NCBI RefSeq assembly: GCF_044704955.1
Contig: NC_091989.1
Span: 104,470,001-104,534,000, forward strand
Length of the DNA: 64,000 nt
From: Pristiophorus japonicus
Lineage: Eukaryota
Direction: 5' to 3'
Part shown: positions 12,171 to 25,384 of the stretch, piece by piece
Layout of the letters: each line of letters opens with the position of its first letter
Numbering within the stretch: position 1 is the stretch's first letter
Program-made: the position numbers and the translations under genes
The notes under the pieces: model-generated
Database searches by the model: none
Told to the model about the DNA's origin: nothing
Seen by the model: the letters and a program-made list of their open reading frames with translations, nothing else

Positions 12171-12986
12171 GTATTTTCCAAGGTATGGTTGAATAATTCA
12201 TGTCACAGGTGCCATTTTACGAATGCTCGTGTTCATTATTGAATTAACGTCTGAAAAAACTGCGGGTTTGGTATTCTGGGACAATTTTTTCAATTGGTGT
12301 ACAGGCCTCTCAGAGTGAGCTGTTTTCATGTAGTTACTTTTCCATTTTCTTCTGTTTTTTCCTCTTGTCAATGCGCGGATGCTTGCTGGGATGTCCACAG
12401 CCTTCTCCATATATTGCTCACGTGGCCACAGTTCCCGTTTGAGAATGCAGAGTGTGTACCGACAGGCATCACATGGTCAATCCGATCCCGTTCTCATTAG
12501 GCTGGCAATTTCCAGCAGCGGCCCATGGATAACACTCAGAAGCAGGATATAATGCTAATTGCTCTTTTCCTCTCGCTTGGCGCTCAGGCCAGTTTCAGCG
12601 TTTCAAATGCTGCCAGAACTGGGATCATTTAATACACCACAGACATGCAATCTAACCTGGCATATTCTGATTTGTATGGCTAGGTGCAATACCCATGGGT
12701 TCCTTGAGATGTGAATTTATTCAGGATGAAATGTAGATATTATATATGTGCAAGAGAGTATTGGAGACGCAATACTTTCAGTGAGTGCAGACTTTAGAGA
12801 TCCAAAGATTTCCATTCGGATATTCATATAACTAAGAGTCGTATTTTTGTTTCAATATCATTCCACATTGAGTGCAGTGAAAACCATTCCGTGCGACATC
12901 AATTGTGGTTTAGGTAATCGGTTGTTAATTTTTATAATAGGTAATTCTAATATAGAAACGATCAAGTACACAATTACATATACGCA

Positions 12987-14160
12987 TCCACATAAAAGGT
13001 TATTGCACAAGATAAAAGTTCACGGGATTGGAGGTAATATATTAGCATGGATAGAGGATTGCCGAGCTAACAGAAAACAGAGAGTCGGGATAAATGGTTC
13101 GTTCTCGGGTTGGCAATCAGTAACTAGTGGGATACCGCAGGGATCAGTGCTGGGATCTCAAATATTTACAATCTATATTAATGACTTGGAAAAAGGGACC
13201 GAGTGTTACATAGCCAAGTTTGCTGATGATACAAAGATGGGAAGAAAAGAAATGTGTGAGGAGGATACAAAAAGTCTGCAAAAGGACATAGACAGGCTAA
13301 GTGAGTGGGCAAAAATTTGGCAGATGGGGTATAATGTTGGAAAGTATGAGGTCATGCACTTTGGCAGAAAAAAATCAAAGAGCAAGTTATTATTTAAATG
13401 GAGAAAAATTGCAAAGTGCTGCAGCACAGCGGGATCTGGGGGTACTTGTGCATGAAACAAAAAAGCTTAGTATGCAGGTACAACAAGTGATCAGAAAGGC
13501 CAATAGAATCTTGGCCTTTATTGCAAAGGGGATGGAGTATAAAAGCAGGGAAGTCTTGCTACAGTTATACAGGGTATTGGTGAGGCCACACCTGGAATAC
13601 TGCATGCAGTTTTGGTTTCCATATTTACAAAAGGATATACTTACTTTGGAGGCAGTTCAGAGAAGGTTTACTAGGTTGATTCCGAAGATGAGGGGGCTGA
13701 CTTATGAGGAAAAGTTGAGTAGGTTGGGTTTCAACTTTTAGAATTCAGAAAAATGAGAGGTGATCTTAACAAAACGTATAAGATTATGAGAGGGCTTGAT
13801 AAGATGGATGCAGAGAGGATGTTTCCACTGATAGGGGAGACTAGAACTAGAGGGCATAATCTTAGAATAAGGGGCCACCCATTTAATACTGAGATGAGGA
13901 GAAATTTCTTCTCTCAGAGGATTGTAAATCTGTGGAGTTCGCTGCCTCAGGGAGCTGTGGAAGCTGGTACATTGAATAAATTTAAGACAGAAATAGACAG
14001 TTTCTTAAACGATAAGGGAATAAGGGGTTATGGGGAGTGGGCAGGGAAGTGGACCTGAGTCCATGATCAGATCAGCCATAATCGTTTTAAATGGCGGAGC
14101 AGGCTCGAGGGGCCATATGGCCTACGCCTGCTCTTATTTCTTATGTTCTTATGTTCTTAT
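12987..14160 (+). mobile_element. CR1 LINE 3' fragment
   Basis: RT ORFs 12847, 13301, 13753; (TTCTTATG)n tail. Confidence 0.92.
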
Positions 14161-16109
14161 TAGTGAAAGAGTAACGCCAAATTAATGTTAAAAACAAATG
14201 TAAGATTTACATCCCAATATTTTGTGGCATCCTGAGATTATGCTATATGTATTTAAAATTGAGCAAAGTTTGTCTTAGTCCTAGAATGAATTAACGTAAG
14301 AGTATTTTGATGATTATTGTCCAATCGCAAAGAGAGGATACATTTGAAGAACGTTCCTTTAATTTAATAATAGTTGGGATCTTGATGTAGTTGTGAGGTG
14401 TCTGTGAGTCTAATTATATTGATGCAGACATGCTCTAAAAGGGCCCTGCCTGTGGATGGAATACAGAAATAATAAACAAATTAATTACAATATTTAAAAA
14501 CACAGGAACGATGGGCCGAATGTCCTGCTTCCGTGCCGTACATTTCTATGATTCTATGATTGTAAATTTTGTTTTGAATGATCAGGTAAAGAACTGCTGA
14601 TAATCTCTGCCTCCGCTGCTCACAATTCCACGAGACCAATAGCTTAGCAGTTGGGAAAGAATAACGCGTGTCCAAGCACAGCTGGAAAAGTAAACAGGAC
14701 CATACGAAAGCATCGAAACGGATAAAGGGTTCACGCAGCATTCGCTTACAGCCGGTTTCCATTGCACTTCGCCGCACACTCTTTCTGTAACATTAGATTG
14801 TACAAACGTAACTGTTCATTATCTCCTGTATAAAATGAGCTTAATGCAGTCTATGTAAATGCAATGTAAAAAATAACAGACTTCATGCCAATATTTTTTT
14901 GCGGGCTGACACGTATCTTGATCGATGAATGTTTCTAGCTGGCGCTATTCCAATAAATCTAATTGTTGATATTTATACATGTCAAAGTTATATCAAGTGT
15001 GCAAACCTTTCATATGGCTTATATTTTAAGATGTAAGTTAGAGAAGTGACTTAGAGGGAAAGTTCTGTTCATAGAATTATAAATACGAGACGTGTTGGAG
15101 GCCCATTAACATTGATATTTATTTGTACTCAACATCCACGATAAGAATTTATGTCATGAGCAAAACCAATTCAAATGAAGGTTTGCTCTCTGAGTTGGAC
15201 ACTGTGAATATGGAATGGTTAAAATACGCGGTTGCATTGCGGGATACATCTTATTCGGCAGATCTACGAAAACAAATGGGAGGAGAGAAGCAGTAATTGC
15301 AACGAGAACAGTGAAAATGTATTCAACCACCTGTAGTTTGTCCTGGACTAAACTTGAAAGGCTCCATCCATTCGCACCCAAAGACATATTATTTCACCAG
15401 GGCAATTTAAAGACACAAATGACTGCTAAATAGCAAAGTAGTTAATCACAGTAACTAACTACTAATTTACTTAACAGCGAGCTAAATCCACCTATGTATT
15501 AAATCTACACCTTGTGACCAAATAGTTCAAGAAATAAACTACAGATAACTAATAAATAAATAAAGTAATTAATTCATTCATTAATTAAGATATGGCAGTA
15601 CAAGCAGTGTGTCGGGATTTTAGGGTGGAAGTTTGTGGACAAAGAGACTGTCCCACACTGTCACAGTGAAGTGAGAATGACTGTGCTTGACATCAAGACA
15701 GCATTTTACCGAGTGTGGCATCAAGGAGCCCGAGTAAAATTGAAGTCAATGGGAATCAGGGAGAACGCTCGCCACTGGCTGAACTCATACCTAGCACAAA
15801 GGAAGATGGTTGTGGTTGTTGGAAGTCAATCATCACAGCCCCAGGACATCATTGCAGGAGTTCCTCAGCGCAATGTCTAGGCCCAACCATCTTCAGCTGC
15901 TCAATCAATTACTTTCCCTCCATCATAAGGTCAGAAGTGGGGATGTTCACTCATGATGTCACAGTGTTCTATTTGGAAAACCTCATATGATGTAGCAGTA
16001 CACGTATGGCCTTGGGCTGATAAGTATCAAGTAATATTTGTGCCACACAAGTGCCAGGTAATGACTATCTCCAACAAGAGAGTCTAACAATTCCCCCAAC
16101 TTGACATTA

Positions 16110-16661
16110 TGTATTGTATGGGGTTAATCACATAGGGTTAATTATGATATTTAGTCATTCACAGTGTGTCTCTGCTCCGTTTCGTGGATTGTTGTTGCTA
16201 TATATAGAGAGAGAAAGCGACCTTGGATGCACACCAGCTTGTTATGAGACGGTCCGCGGCGCAAGATCTCATGCTTTGTGGACAAGCTTCTAGGGCCTTA
16301 CAGATTAGGAGTTGGCCATAAGCCACATGCACCCATGTTTTGTTCAATAGTATGTTTATTTGATAGTATAAAGGTACAGCACTGTCCCGTAGCTCTTTGA
16401 ACTTCACCTTGGACCGTGATTCGTGAGCGGTGCAGGGACCCCCAAATCTCCAGACCAGCCGTCCCTTGTGGAGTTCCCGATAGGCAGAAGGCCGTGAGCA
16501 TTGTTGCATCTAATCATACTTTCCTTTTCTTCGTAAACTGTAGCATTAATGTTTCTTTTCTCTCAGTAAACGGTATCTTATTCTTTACTTCATTTGTCTT
16601 GTCTCTTATTTAACATTCATCCAGATCCCGAACCTGGGTCTATTATTATTTATCCAAAATA
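16110..16661 (+). repeat. ERV LTR1 (552 bp)
   Basis: TGTATTG...CCAAAATA; TATAAA box; direct repeat of the other two LTRs. Confidence 0.93.
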
Positions 16662-16664
16662 TTT

Positions 16665-16682
16665 TGGCGTCACGAACAGGAT
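16665..16682 (+). other. Primer binding site TGGCGTCACGAACAGGAT, complementary to the 3' end of tRNA-Ser(CGA); second copy at 18809-18826
   Basis: Lies 3 nt after the LTR. The reverse complement ATCCTGTTCGTGACGCCA matches the vertebrate tRNA-Ser(CGA) 3' end as I recall it; not database-checked. Confidence 0.8.
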
Positions 16683-18245
16683 CTGGTAAAATCTTTAAGA
16701 GAAAAGACAAAAAGCAGTCTCCTCCTGCGGGAGAGAAGTATAGAATACCAGGGTGGAGCACGAGGGATGAGGGTTTTGGCTCTCTTGCCAATGTGCTAGC
16801 CTGGCTTGGACCCCCGCAACATGGGGATATGCCGTTATTGGAACAGAACAAAGATAGAGCCGTACCCCACGCGGTACTGTCTCTCCTGGAGGAAGCGGGC
16901 TTCCCACAGGAGAAAAATAGTCCCCCAGAAATGGGATGGATTTTGTTGACAGCATTAAGGGCGATGTGCAAAGAACGTAAGGAAAGTGAGGCAGAAAACC
17001 TACAGTTAAAAACAGCTGTTAAGGTTTTGGAAAGTCAAAACTCGACCCTGACTGAAGCGGTCAGCACTGCACAAGAACGGGCGGACAAGGTCAATGAACA
17101 ATCAGAAACTTTAATATGCTGTTTGGCGACAGTACAAAATAAAAAGAAAGCCAGACCACGGAAATTACAGATGGATTTGAAATATACCTTTTGTATTTGC
17201 TACTGCATGTGGTATGGGCTTGCTCAATCCGATCCCAGTGAGTGTTTAAAAGCCCATGCAAAATCATCTGGGGAATGTATACAAGCTGGAAAAAATGGAG
17301 AGGGGGAGGGGAACGGGAGGAAATTAAAGACCCTCCCCCATACGCTCCGAGCAAAGGAAGCTAGACCCCTTATGACAAATAAGACAAAACAGCAAGATGG
17401 TGAACAGCCGGTAACCACTAGAGGGGTGCGTGACTTCACCACAAGTGAGTTCCAAGAAATGGTTACTATAGGGGTCCGGCAAAAATATCCCTCTGCCGTT
17501 GATTGGGAAGGGGAGGTAAAACCTTGGAATACTATGGCAGAGGGTGCGATACAGTTGCGCAGCATGGCAACACAGGCAGGAATATATTACCAACTATATG
17601 GGGGCCAGATCAGGAGCTCTTTATGGCAGGAATGCGGAGCAGGCTGATGAAGAGTGGCCCTCCTATGATGAGGGGTGAGCTACTCGCATTATTGGGACCA
17701 GCCCAAGGGCAGTGGGTGGGGCACGCCTGCCTATTGTTAGGACAGTTAGAGGATGTAGAAGATCCCCTCGACTAGGGATGTGGCTGGGATCCGGGAGCAC
17801 TCCCCATTAGAACCACATCAACCCAAGCTCCCGGGGATCTGAGGCCACACATTCCGATTACTTACCTGGCAGGGGAGTAAACATAATTAGCTTTGTTGAA
17901 TGAAGAAAGACTTTGTGAATGTCTGTCTGTGAATGAAAGTACTTTTGTGATTTTTTGACTGCGGAATGAATTTTTCATGTGTCTGAAAACCTGTTTCGAA
18001 AAATATTGGAGCTGTCTGTTTGTTTTAGCTCCACCCACTTTTTCAAACAGAGTGAAGGTTTTTTTAACCCTTCGTAGTGTTGTCCTGTATGTGGGAAGTC
18101 TTAAATAAGTGTGAACCTTACAGGGGAAACCATACAAGGGCTCTTGGGGGCGATTATCATTAGACATGCGGTGTCCCCCTACAATAGCCCTGTTTGGCCT
18201 GTACAGAAACCCAACAAAAGTTGGAGGATGACTGTGGACTACCGA
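16683..18245 (+). pseudogene. gag: Truncated provirus A internal region: gag with deletions, foreign insert, start of RT
   Basis: ORFs 16664..17647 and 17503..17775 parallel the second copy. The region ends at RT motif VDYR. Confidence 0.8.
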
Positions 18246-18805
18246 TGAATTGTATGGGGTTAATCACATTGGATTAATTATGATATTTAGTCATTTCATA
18301 GGGTGTCTCTGCTCCCATGCCCTGTAGAATGTTGTTGCTATTTCGAGAGAGAGAGGGATGCGACCTTGAGATGCACACCAGCTTGTTATGAGATGGTCCA
18401 CGGCTTGAGCTCTCATGCTTTGTGGACAAGCACCTGGGGCCTTACAGATTAGGAGTTGGCCATAAGCCACATGCACCCATGTTTTGTTCAATAGTATGTT
18501 TATTTGATAGTATAAAGGTACAGCACTGTCCCGTAGCTCTTTGAACTTCACCTTGGACCGTGATTCGCGAGCGGTGCAGGGACGCCTAATGCTCCAGACC
18601 AGCCGTCGCTTGTGGAGTTGCCAACGGGCGGAAGGCCGTGAGCGTTGTTGCATCTTATCATACTTCTCTTTTCTTTGTAAACTGCATTATTAATGTTTCT
18701 TTTCTCTCACTAAACGGTATCTTATTCTTTACTTCATTTGTCTTGTCTCTTATTTAACATTCATTCAGATCCCGAACCTGGGTCTATTATTATTGATCCA
18801 AAATA
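18246..18805 (+). repeat. ERV LTR2 (internal, 560 bp, variant U3)
   Basis: Direct repeat followed by a PBS; joined directly to RT sequence with no PPT. Confidence 0.92.
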
Positions 18806-18826
18806 TTTTGGCGTTACGAACAGGAT

Positions 18827-20236
18827 CTGGTAAAATATTTAAGAGAAAAGACAAGAAGCAGTCTCCTCCTGCGGGAGAGAAGTATAGAATACCAGGGTGG
18901 AGCAAGAAGGATGAGGGTTCTGGTTCTCTTGCCAAGGTGTGAGCCCGGTTTGGACCCCCATAACATGGGGATATGCTGTTATTGGATCAGAACAAAGATA
19001 GAGCCGTACCCCACGCGGTACTGTCTCTCCTGGAGGAAGCGGGCTTCCCACAGGAGAAAAATGGTCAGTCCACAAATGGGATGGATTTTGTTGACAGCCT
19101 GAAGGGCGATGTGTAAACAACTGAAAGAAAGTGAGGCAGAAAACCTACAGTTGAAAACAGCTGTTAAGGTTTTGGAAAGTCAAAACTCGACCCTGACTGA
19201 AGCGGTATGCACTGCATAAGAGCTGGCTGACAAGGTCAATGAATAATCAGAAAATATAATATGCTGTCTGCCGACAGTACAAAATAAAAAGAAAGCCAGA
19301 CCACGGAAATTACAGCTGGATTTGAAATATATCTTTTTTATTTGCTGTTGCATGTGGTATGGGCTTGCTCAGTCCGATCCCAGTGAGTGTTTAAAAGCCC
19401 ATGCAAAATCATGTGGGGAATGTATACAAGCTGCAAAAAATGGAGAGGTGGAGAAAGGGAGGAAACTAAAGACCCTCCACCATATGCTCCGAGCACAGAA
19501 GCTAGACCCCTTATGACAAATAAGATGAAACAGCAAGATGGGGAATAGCCGGTAACCACTAGAGGGGTGCATGACTTCACCACTAGTGAGTTACAAGAAA
19601 TGGTTACTATCGGGGTCCGGCAAAAATATCCCTCTGCCATTGATTGGGAAGGGGCGGTAAAACCTTGGAATACTATGGCGGAAGGTGCGATACAATTGCG
19701 CAACATGGCAACGCAGGGAGGAATATATCACCAACAATATGGGGGGCCAGATCAGGAGCTCTTTACGGCAGGAATATGGAGCAGGCTGATGAAGAGTGGC
19801 CCTCCTATGATGAGGGGTGCGCTACTCGCATTATTGGGACTAGCCCAAGGACAGCGGGTGGGGCACACTTGCCTATTGTTAGGACAGTTAGAGGATGCAG
19901 AAAATAGTGTGTGAGAGTCGAGAACGGCTAATGTAGAGGGGGATCGGGACCAGCGACAAAGTTCGACCTCTGGGAAAGGTACAGGGTCAGGAAAGACAAA
20001 AAAAAGAATTACGCGGAGGGACATGTTCGCGGCTTTACTGAAGACAGGGGTCCCCAAGGGAAAAATTGATGGAATCCCAACAGGAGCGATGTATTCTATG
20101 TGGAAGCAACATTGCGTCCCGGAAACAGAGCAGGGTGAAAGGAGGGAGTTAAGGGAGACTAAGTCGTACAGTGATAAGTCTGTGGATGTACCCCAAAGTA
20201 GAAGAACTGTGGAAGGCTAGTAACCCCCTCGACTAG
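18827..20236 (+). pseudogene. gag: Degenerate gag of the second internal region
   Basis: Fragmented ORFs 19322, 19567, 20023 between the PBS and the protease; multiple stops and frameshifts. Confidence 0.8.
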
Positions 20237-23200
20237 GGATGTGGCTGGGATCTGGAAGTACCCCCCAGTAGAACCACATCAACCCAAGCTCCCGGGGACC
20301 TAAGGCCACACATTCCGATTACGATACATTGGCCGGGGGGGGGTGCGGACATACAAAGAGATGCTGCTTTACTAGACACAGGGGTAGAAGTTACTATTAT
20401 CGATGGATATCCTAGGAAACACACAGGGACCTGTATAATGATTAATGGGTTCGGAGGGGCAGAAACGCCCGCTGTCCGAACAACTATCAGATTGGTGTTG
20501 GGAAATGGGCCTCCGCGTTAGGTAACAGTCTTAATATCGGCAGTAAAGGAACATATTATCGGGATGGACCTTTTAAAGGGAACCACACACAACACCTCGT
20601 TCGGGCAATTCTCATTCGGGATATGGGCGATCACTGTGATTGCAGGAGAAGCAAAGTGGGAACCAGTGGTAATACCACGGCCATCGCGTATAGTGACTAC
20701 GAAACAGTACTGAATACCTGGGGACACAAAGAAATAGGAGAAACCATACAAGGGCTCTTGGAGGTGGGTATCATTAGACATGTGGTGTCCCCCTACAATA
20801 GCCCTGTTTGGCCGGTGCAGAAACCCGACAAAAGTTGGAGGCTGATGGTGGACTACCGACAACTGAACAAATTTGCCCCTCCCCTGGCAACCACTGTCCC
20901 AGATGTAGTAACTATAACAGAGCGGCTGTCTGAAGAAGGTGCAGAGCGTTATGCGGTACTCGACCTGGCCAATGCCTTTTTCTCCATTCCAATAGCAGAA
21001 GAATCCCAGGACCAGTTTGCATTCACTTGGGAAGGGAGGCAATACACGTTTAAATGCCTACCTCAGGGTTACCTACATAGCCCTACCCTATGCCATGGAT
21101 TGGTGGCCCGGGACCTGGACATGTGCACGTTGGCTCGTAATGTCTCACTGGCACACTACATCGATGATGTCCTAATAAGGGGTCCCACTGAGACAGTATT
21201 GTCAGAAGCTCTAGCTACTTTAGTCCAACACAGGCAAGATAGGGGCTGGGAGATAAATCCGAAGAAGGTGCAGGGCCCTAGCCAGACTGTCCAGTTTCTG
21301 GGGATCCAATGGTCTCGGGTTGAGCGCATCATACCCGAGCCTGTGAAGAATAAAATTCAAGAAATGGCCACCCCCATGAATAAAACTGAGACACAGCGGT
21401 TTGTGGGACTATTGGGTTACTGGAGGAGACACATACCTCACCTCACAATGTTATTAAAACTGTTGTATGCCGTAACACGAAAAAAGGCCCACTTCGAGTG
21501 GGGAAAGGAACAACAGGTGGCTTTTGATGCAGCCAAAGAAGCCGTAGCTCAAGCTTTACCCCTAGCCCCGCAAGTGCCTGGGCAGCCTTTTGAGCTACAG
21601 GTATCCGTGACCAATGATACTGCAGTATGGAGTTTGTGGCAGGTTCAACATGGCATTCGTATACCGTTAGGGTTCTGGTCTAGAAAATTGACAGATGCTG
21701 CTATTCATTACAGTCCATTTGAGAAACAATTATTAGCATGTTATTGGGCCCTGACAGAAACCATAGACAGATAGGAGATGACAAAGTCAGCTTACGACCA
21801 GACCTACCCATATTATCCTGGGTTCTCTCAGAAAATGAGACACACAAGGTCGGGTGAGCGCAGCAAAGCTCCATAGTGCGCTGGAAATGGTATATCGCAG
21901 ACAGAGCAAGTAAAGGAAAAGAAGGAATCACCCGACTACATGAGCATGTGGCTGAATACCCACAAACAGCTGAGAGTGAACTTACGTAGTCATCTGTCAG
22001 TTTAACCCAGGAGTCACCGATCTCCTGGGGCGTGTCTTTTGAACAGTTCACACCTGAAGAGCGTAACCATGCCTGGTTCACAGATGGCTCAGCGGTCTGG
22101 CGAAACAGCCTTCGGCAATGGCGAGCCGCTGCCTTCAATCCAAAAACCCAGACAATTGTGCATGATGAGGGCATGGGAGGCTCCAGCCAGCTAGCAGAAC
22201 TAGCAGCTGTGGTCCTTGCGGTAGAAGAGGAACAGCAACAAGTACACATATATATTGACTCATGGGCAGTAGCCAATGGCATGGCGAGCTGGATGCGAAA
22301 CTGGCAAGAACATATCTGGCAAATAACTGGGAAAGACTTGTGGGGAAAGCACCTATGAGAACAAATATGGTCCAAAGCCCAGAAGATGAAAATAACTGTA
22401 TATCATGTGGACACTCACATGAGAAACACTTCAAAGACCTCTGAACATAATAACACCATTGATAATATAGCCCGGGTACGGGCTGTCAAAGAGGTGGAAG
22501 AAGAAGAATATGGCATAGGCAAGTGGGCCCACCACAAATCTGGACATTTGGGTATTCAGGATACGACACAATGAGCACGAAATAGGGGGTTACATTTGAC
22601 GACGGACGGTGTTAAACAGATCATAAACACCTGTGGAATTTGTCAAAATGTGAATCATTTTCCCCTACAATGATAACCCAGTGCCCATATTAAGAGAGGG
22701 ACTCAACCAGCACAAATATGGCAAGTTGATTATGTGGGGCCTTTACCATTGCAACAACGGTTCCAATATTTGCTCACTGCTGTTGATACCTATTCTGGAC
22801 TTTTGATAGCTTATCCAGTGACTAAAGCGAATCAACAAAGTATGATTAAAGGACTGGAGAATTTAATCACATACTACGGTGAGCCAGCAGAAGTACAGTC
22901 CGATAATGGGTCACACTTCACAGGTCAAACAGTGCAACAATGGGCGGTAGACAACGGGATCTATTGGATGTTCCACATACCTTACTATCTGCAAGCTGCA
23001 GGGTTGATAGAACGCATGAATGGACTACTTAAGCAACAGATTAAAATATTAACTCCCACTAACATATTGCAAGAGTGGTTAAAGGTCTTACCACAAGCAG
23101 TGCGCAATCTGAATCACCGATCATTGCGGGGGGGAACTCCCATAAGCCACATGTTAGGCAAAGTTAGCGACCCTACTATTGAGAAAGAAAATCAGACTCA

Positions 23201-23282
23201 GGACACAGTTTGTGAAGGCGGAAAAGTGTGGGCGCAGTACCGCCAGAAACCCTTACAAGCAGGGGAAATTGGGTGCTCCTGA
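20237..23282 (+). pseudogene. pol: Degenerate pro-pol (protease, RT, RNase H, integrase)
   Basis: AALLDTG; SPYNSPVWPV, DLANAFFSIP, HYIDD; WFTDGS..AEL; WQVDY.GPLP..AVDTYSG..SDNGSHF..IERMNG; several in-frame stops. Confidence 0.93.
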
Positions 23283-23349
23283 CTGGTCAAGATATTCCTC
23301 TCTGTGTTGACAAGGGTAAATTGACTAAATGAGGCTGAATATTAACATA

Positions 23350-23697
23350 CCTATGCTTCCTCCCACAGGATTTCTGCCCAACTCGTGCTGGCCAGTCTCG
23401 GTGTCTCGTTATCTGTGACTATGCTACTCCATCTTCAAACACAGCATGGGATGGCCATATAGGGTGACTGTTAGCTAACACTGATCGTACGCAAGACAAT
23501 TACTAACCTTCCTCCCACTGTAGACCTAACTTGTTTAGCTCAATTTCTAAAAGCTAACACTGATCGTTGTTTTACTCATCGCGTTATTACTGATATTACT
23601 GCTTGTATGTATCCTTTGGTGTAGATTGCGGTCATTGCTTGCGCATACTCAACATGTAACTGGTGCATTACGCCTTCAACTTGATTGTATTACTTAG
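23350..23697 (+). pseudogene. Heavily deleted env-like remnant (splice acceptor plus TM anchor LIVVLLIALLLILLLVCILWCRLR)
   Basis: Position between IN and PPT; acceptor cttcctcccacag; strongly hydrophobic frame at 23560-23697. Confidence 0.5.
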
Positions 23698-23721
23698 AAT
23701 GTCTAAATATCAAGGGTGGAT

Positions 23722-24273
23722 TGTATTGTATGGGGTTACTTACATAGGGTTAATTATGGTAATTATTCATTCACAGTGTATCTCTGCTCCGTTTCGTGGA
23801 TTGTTGTTGCTATATATAGAGAGAGAAAGCGACCTTGGATGCACACCAACTTGTTAAGAGACGGTCCGCAGCTCAAGATCTCATGCTTTGTGGACAAGCA
23901 CCTGGGGCCTTACAGATTAGGAGCTGGCCATAAGCCACATGCACCCATGTTATGTTCAATAGTTTGTTTATTTGATAGTATAAAGGTACAGCACTGTCCC
24001 GTAGCTCTTTGAACTTCACCTTGGACCGTGATTCGCAAGCGGTGCCGGGACCCCCAATGCTCCAGACCAGCCGTCGCTTGTGGAGTTCCCGACGGGCAGA
24101 AGGCCGTGAGCATTGTTGCATCTTATCATACTTCTCTTTTCTTCATAAACTGTATTATTAATGTTTCTTTTCTCTCAGTAAACAGTATCTTATTCTTTAC
24201 TTCATTTGTCTTGTCTCTTATTTAACATTCATCCAGATCCCGAACCTGGGTTTATTATTATTGATCCAAAACA
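23722..24273 (+). repeat. ERV LTR3 (552 bp)
   Basis: TG...CA termini, preceded by PPT-like AAGGGTGGA, followed by the TSD. Confidence 0.93.
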
Positions 24274-25384
24274 CATTATAACCCCACCATCAACATCCAT
24301 TGACCAGAAACTTAACTGGACCGGCTGCATAAATATTGTGGCTACAAGAGCAGGTCAGAGGCTGGGTATTCTACAGCGAGTGTCTCACCTTCTGACTCCC
24401 CAAAGCTTTTCCATCATCCACAAGGCACAAGCCAGGAGTATGATGGAATAATCTTCACTTGAGTGCAGTTCCAACAACACATAACAATCTCGATACCATC
24501 CAGGACAAAGCAGCCCACTTGATTGGCAGCCCATCCACCACCTTAAACATTCACTCCCTCCACCACAGGTGCACCATGGCTGCAGTGTGTACCATCTCCA
24601 AGATGCATTGCAGCAACTCGCCAAGACTTCAATGACAGCACCTCTCAAACCCATGACCTCTACCATCTAGGAGGACAAGGACAGCAGGTACATGTGATCA
24701 CCATCAACTGCAAGTGCTCCTCCAAGTCACACACCACCCTGACTTGGACATATATTGCAGTTCCTTCATCGTCGCTGGGTCAAAATCCTGAAACTCCCTC
24801 CCAAACAGTACTGTGGAAATACCTTCACCACACAGACTGCAGCGGTTCAAGAAGGCCAGTCACCATCATCTTCTCAAGTGCAATTAGGGATGGGCAATAA
24901 ACGTTGGCCTTGCCAGCAACGCTGACGCCCAAGGAATGAATTTTTAAAATTTGCAAGAAATGTCTCCACTTCGAGACACTTTGGCTCAGAATCATTAAGC
25001 TGGAGTCTGAGCTAGAAAAGTTCAAACACATTAGGGAGGAGGAAGCATTACTGCATAATTTACGGCAGAGTACAGTTACACACTAGAGGAAGGAATAGGT
25101 GCAGGAAGGAGAAATTGTGACTGTCCTTCAACTGGGTAAGAGCAACATAGGAGAGGTGGTGAAAAAGGTCCACCAGACCTATTCAATAGTTCAACGTACT
25201 TCATTCTTGTGAGGATAAGATGAAACAGTGTGGGAATGATGGGCAGAATACCGGTCAAGGCACCATGGAGCAGAAGCTTCTTCAAAGGAGGAACTGCAGA
25301 GTAGAAAGGCTGAAGTTATGGGGATTCAAGAATTAGGGGATGAGGAGGATCACAATGTTGTGCTCCATGTCAGAACCAACAACA

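Larger units (their letters stand above)
16110..24273 (+). mobile_element. Composite class III (ERV-S/ERV-L-like) endogenous retrovirus with three LTRs, defective
   Basis: LTRs at 16110, 18246 and 23722; 5-bp TSD CATTA (16105-16109 / 24274-24278); PBS, gag, LLDTG protease, RT (LPQGYLHSP, HYIDD), RNase H, integrase, PPT. Confidence 0.95.
15650..24945 (+). mobile_element. CR1/L2-superfamily LINE fragment interrupted by the ERV (pieces 15650-16109 and 24274-24945)
   Basis: LDIKTAF.RVWH..GVPQ RT remnants; collinear across the ERV; same family as 58575-62834. Confidence 0.75.
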
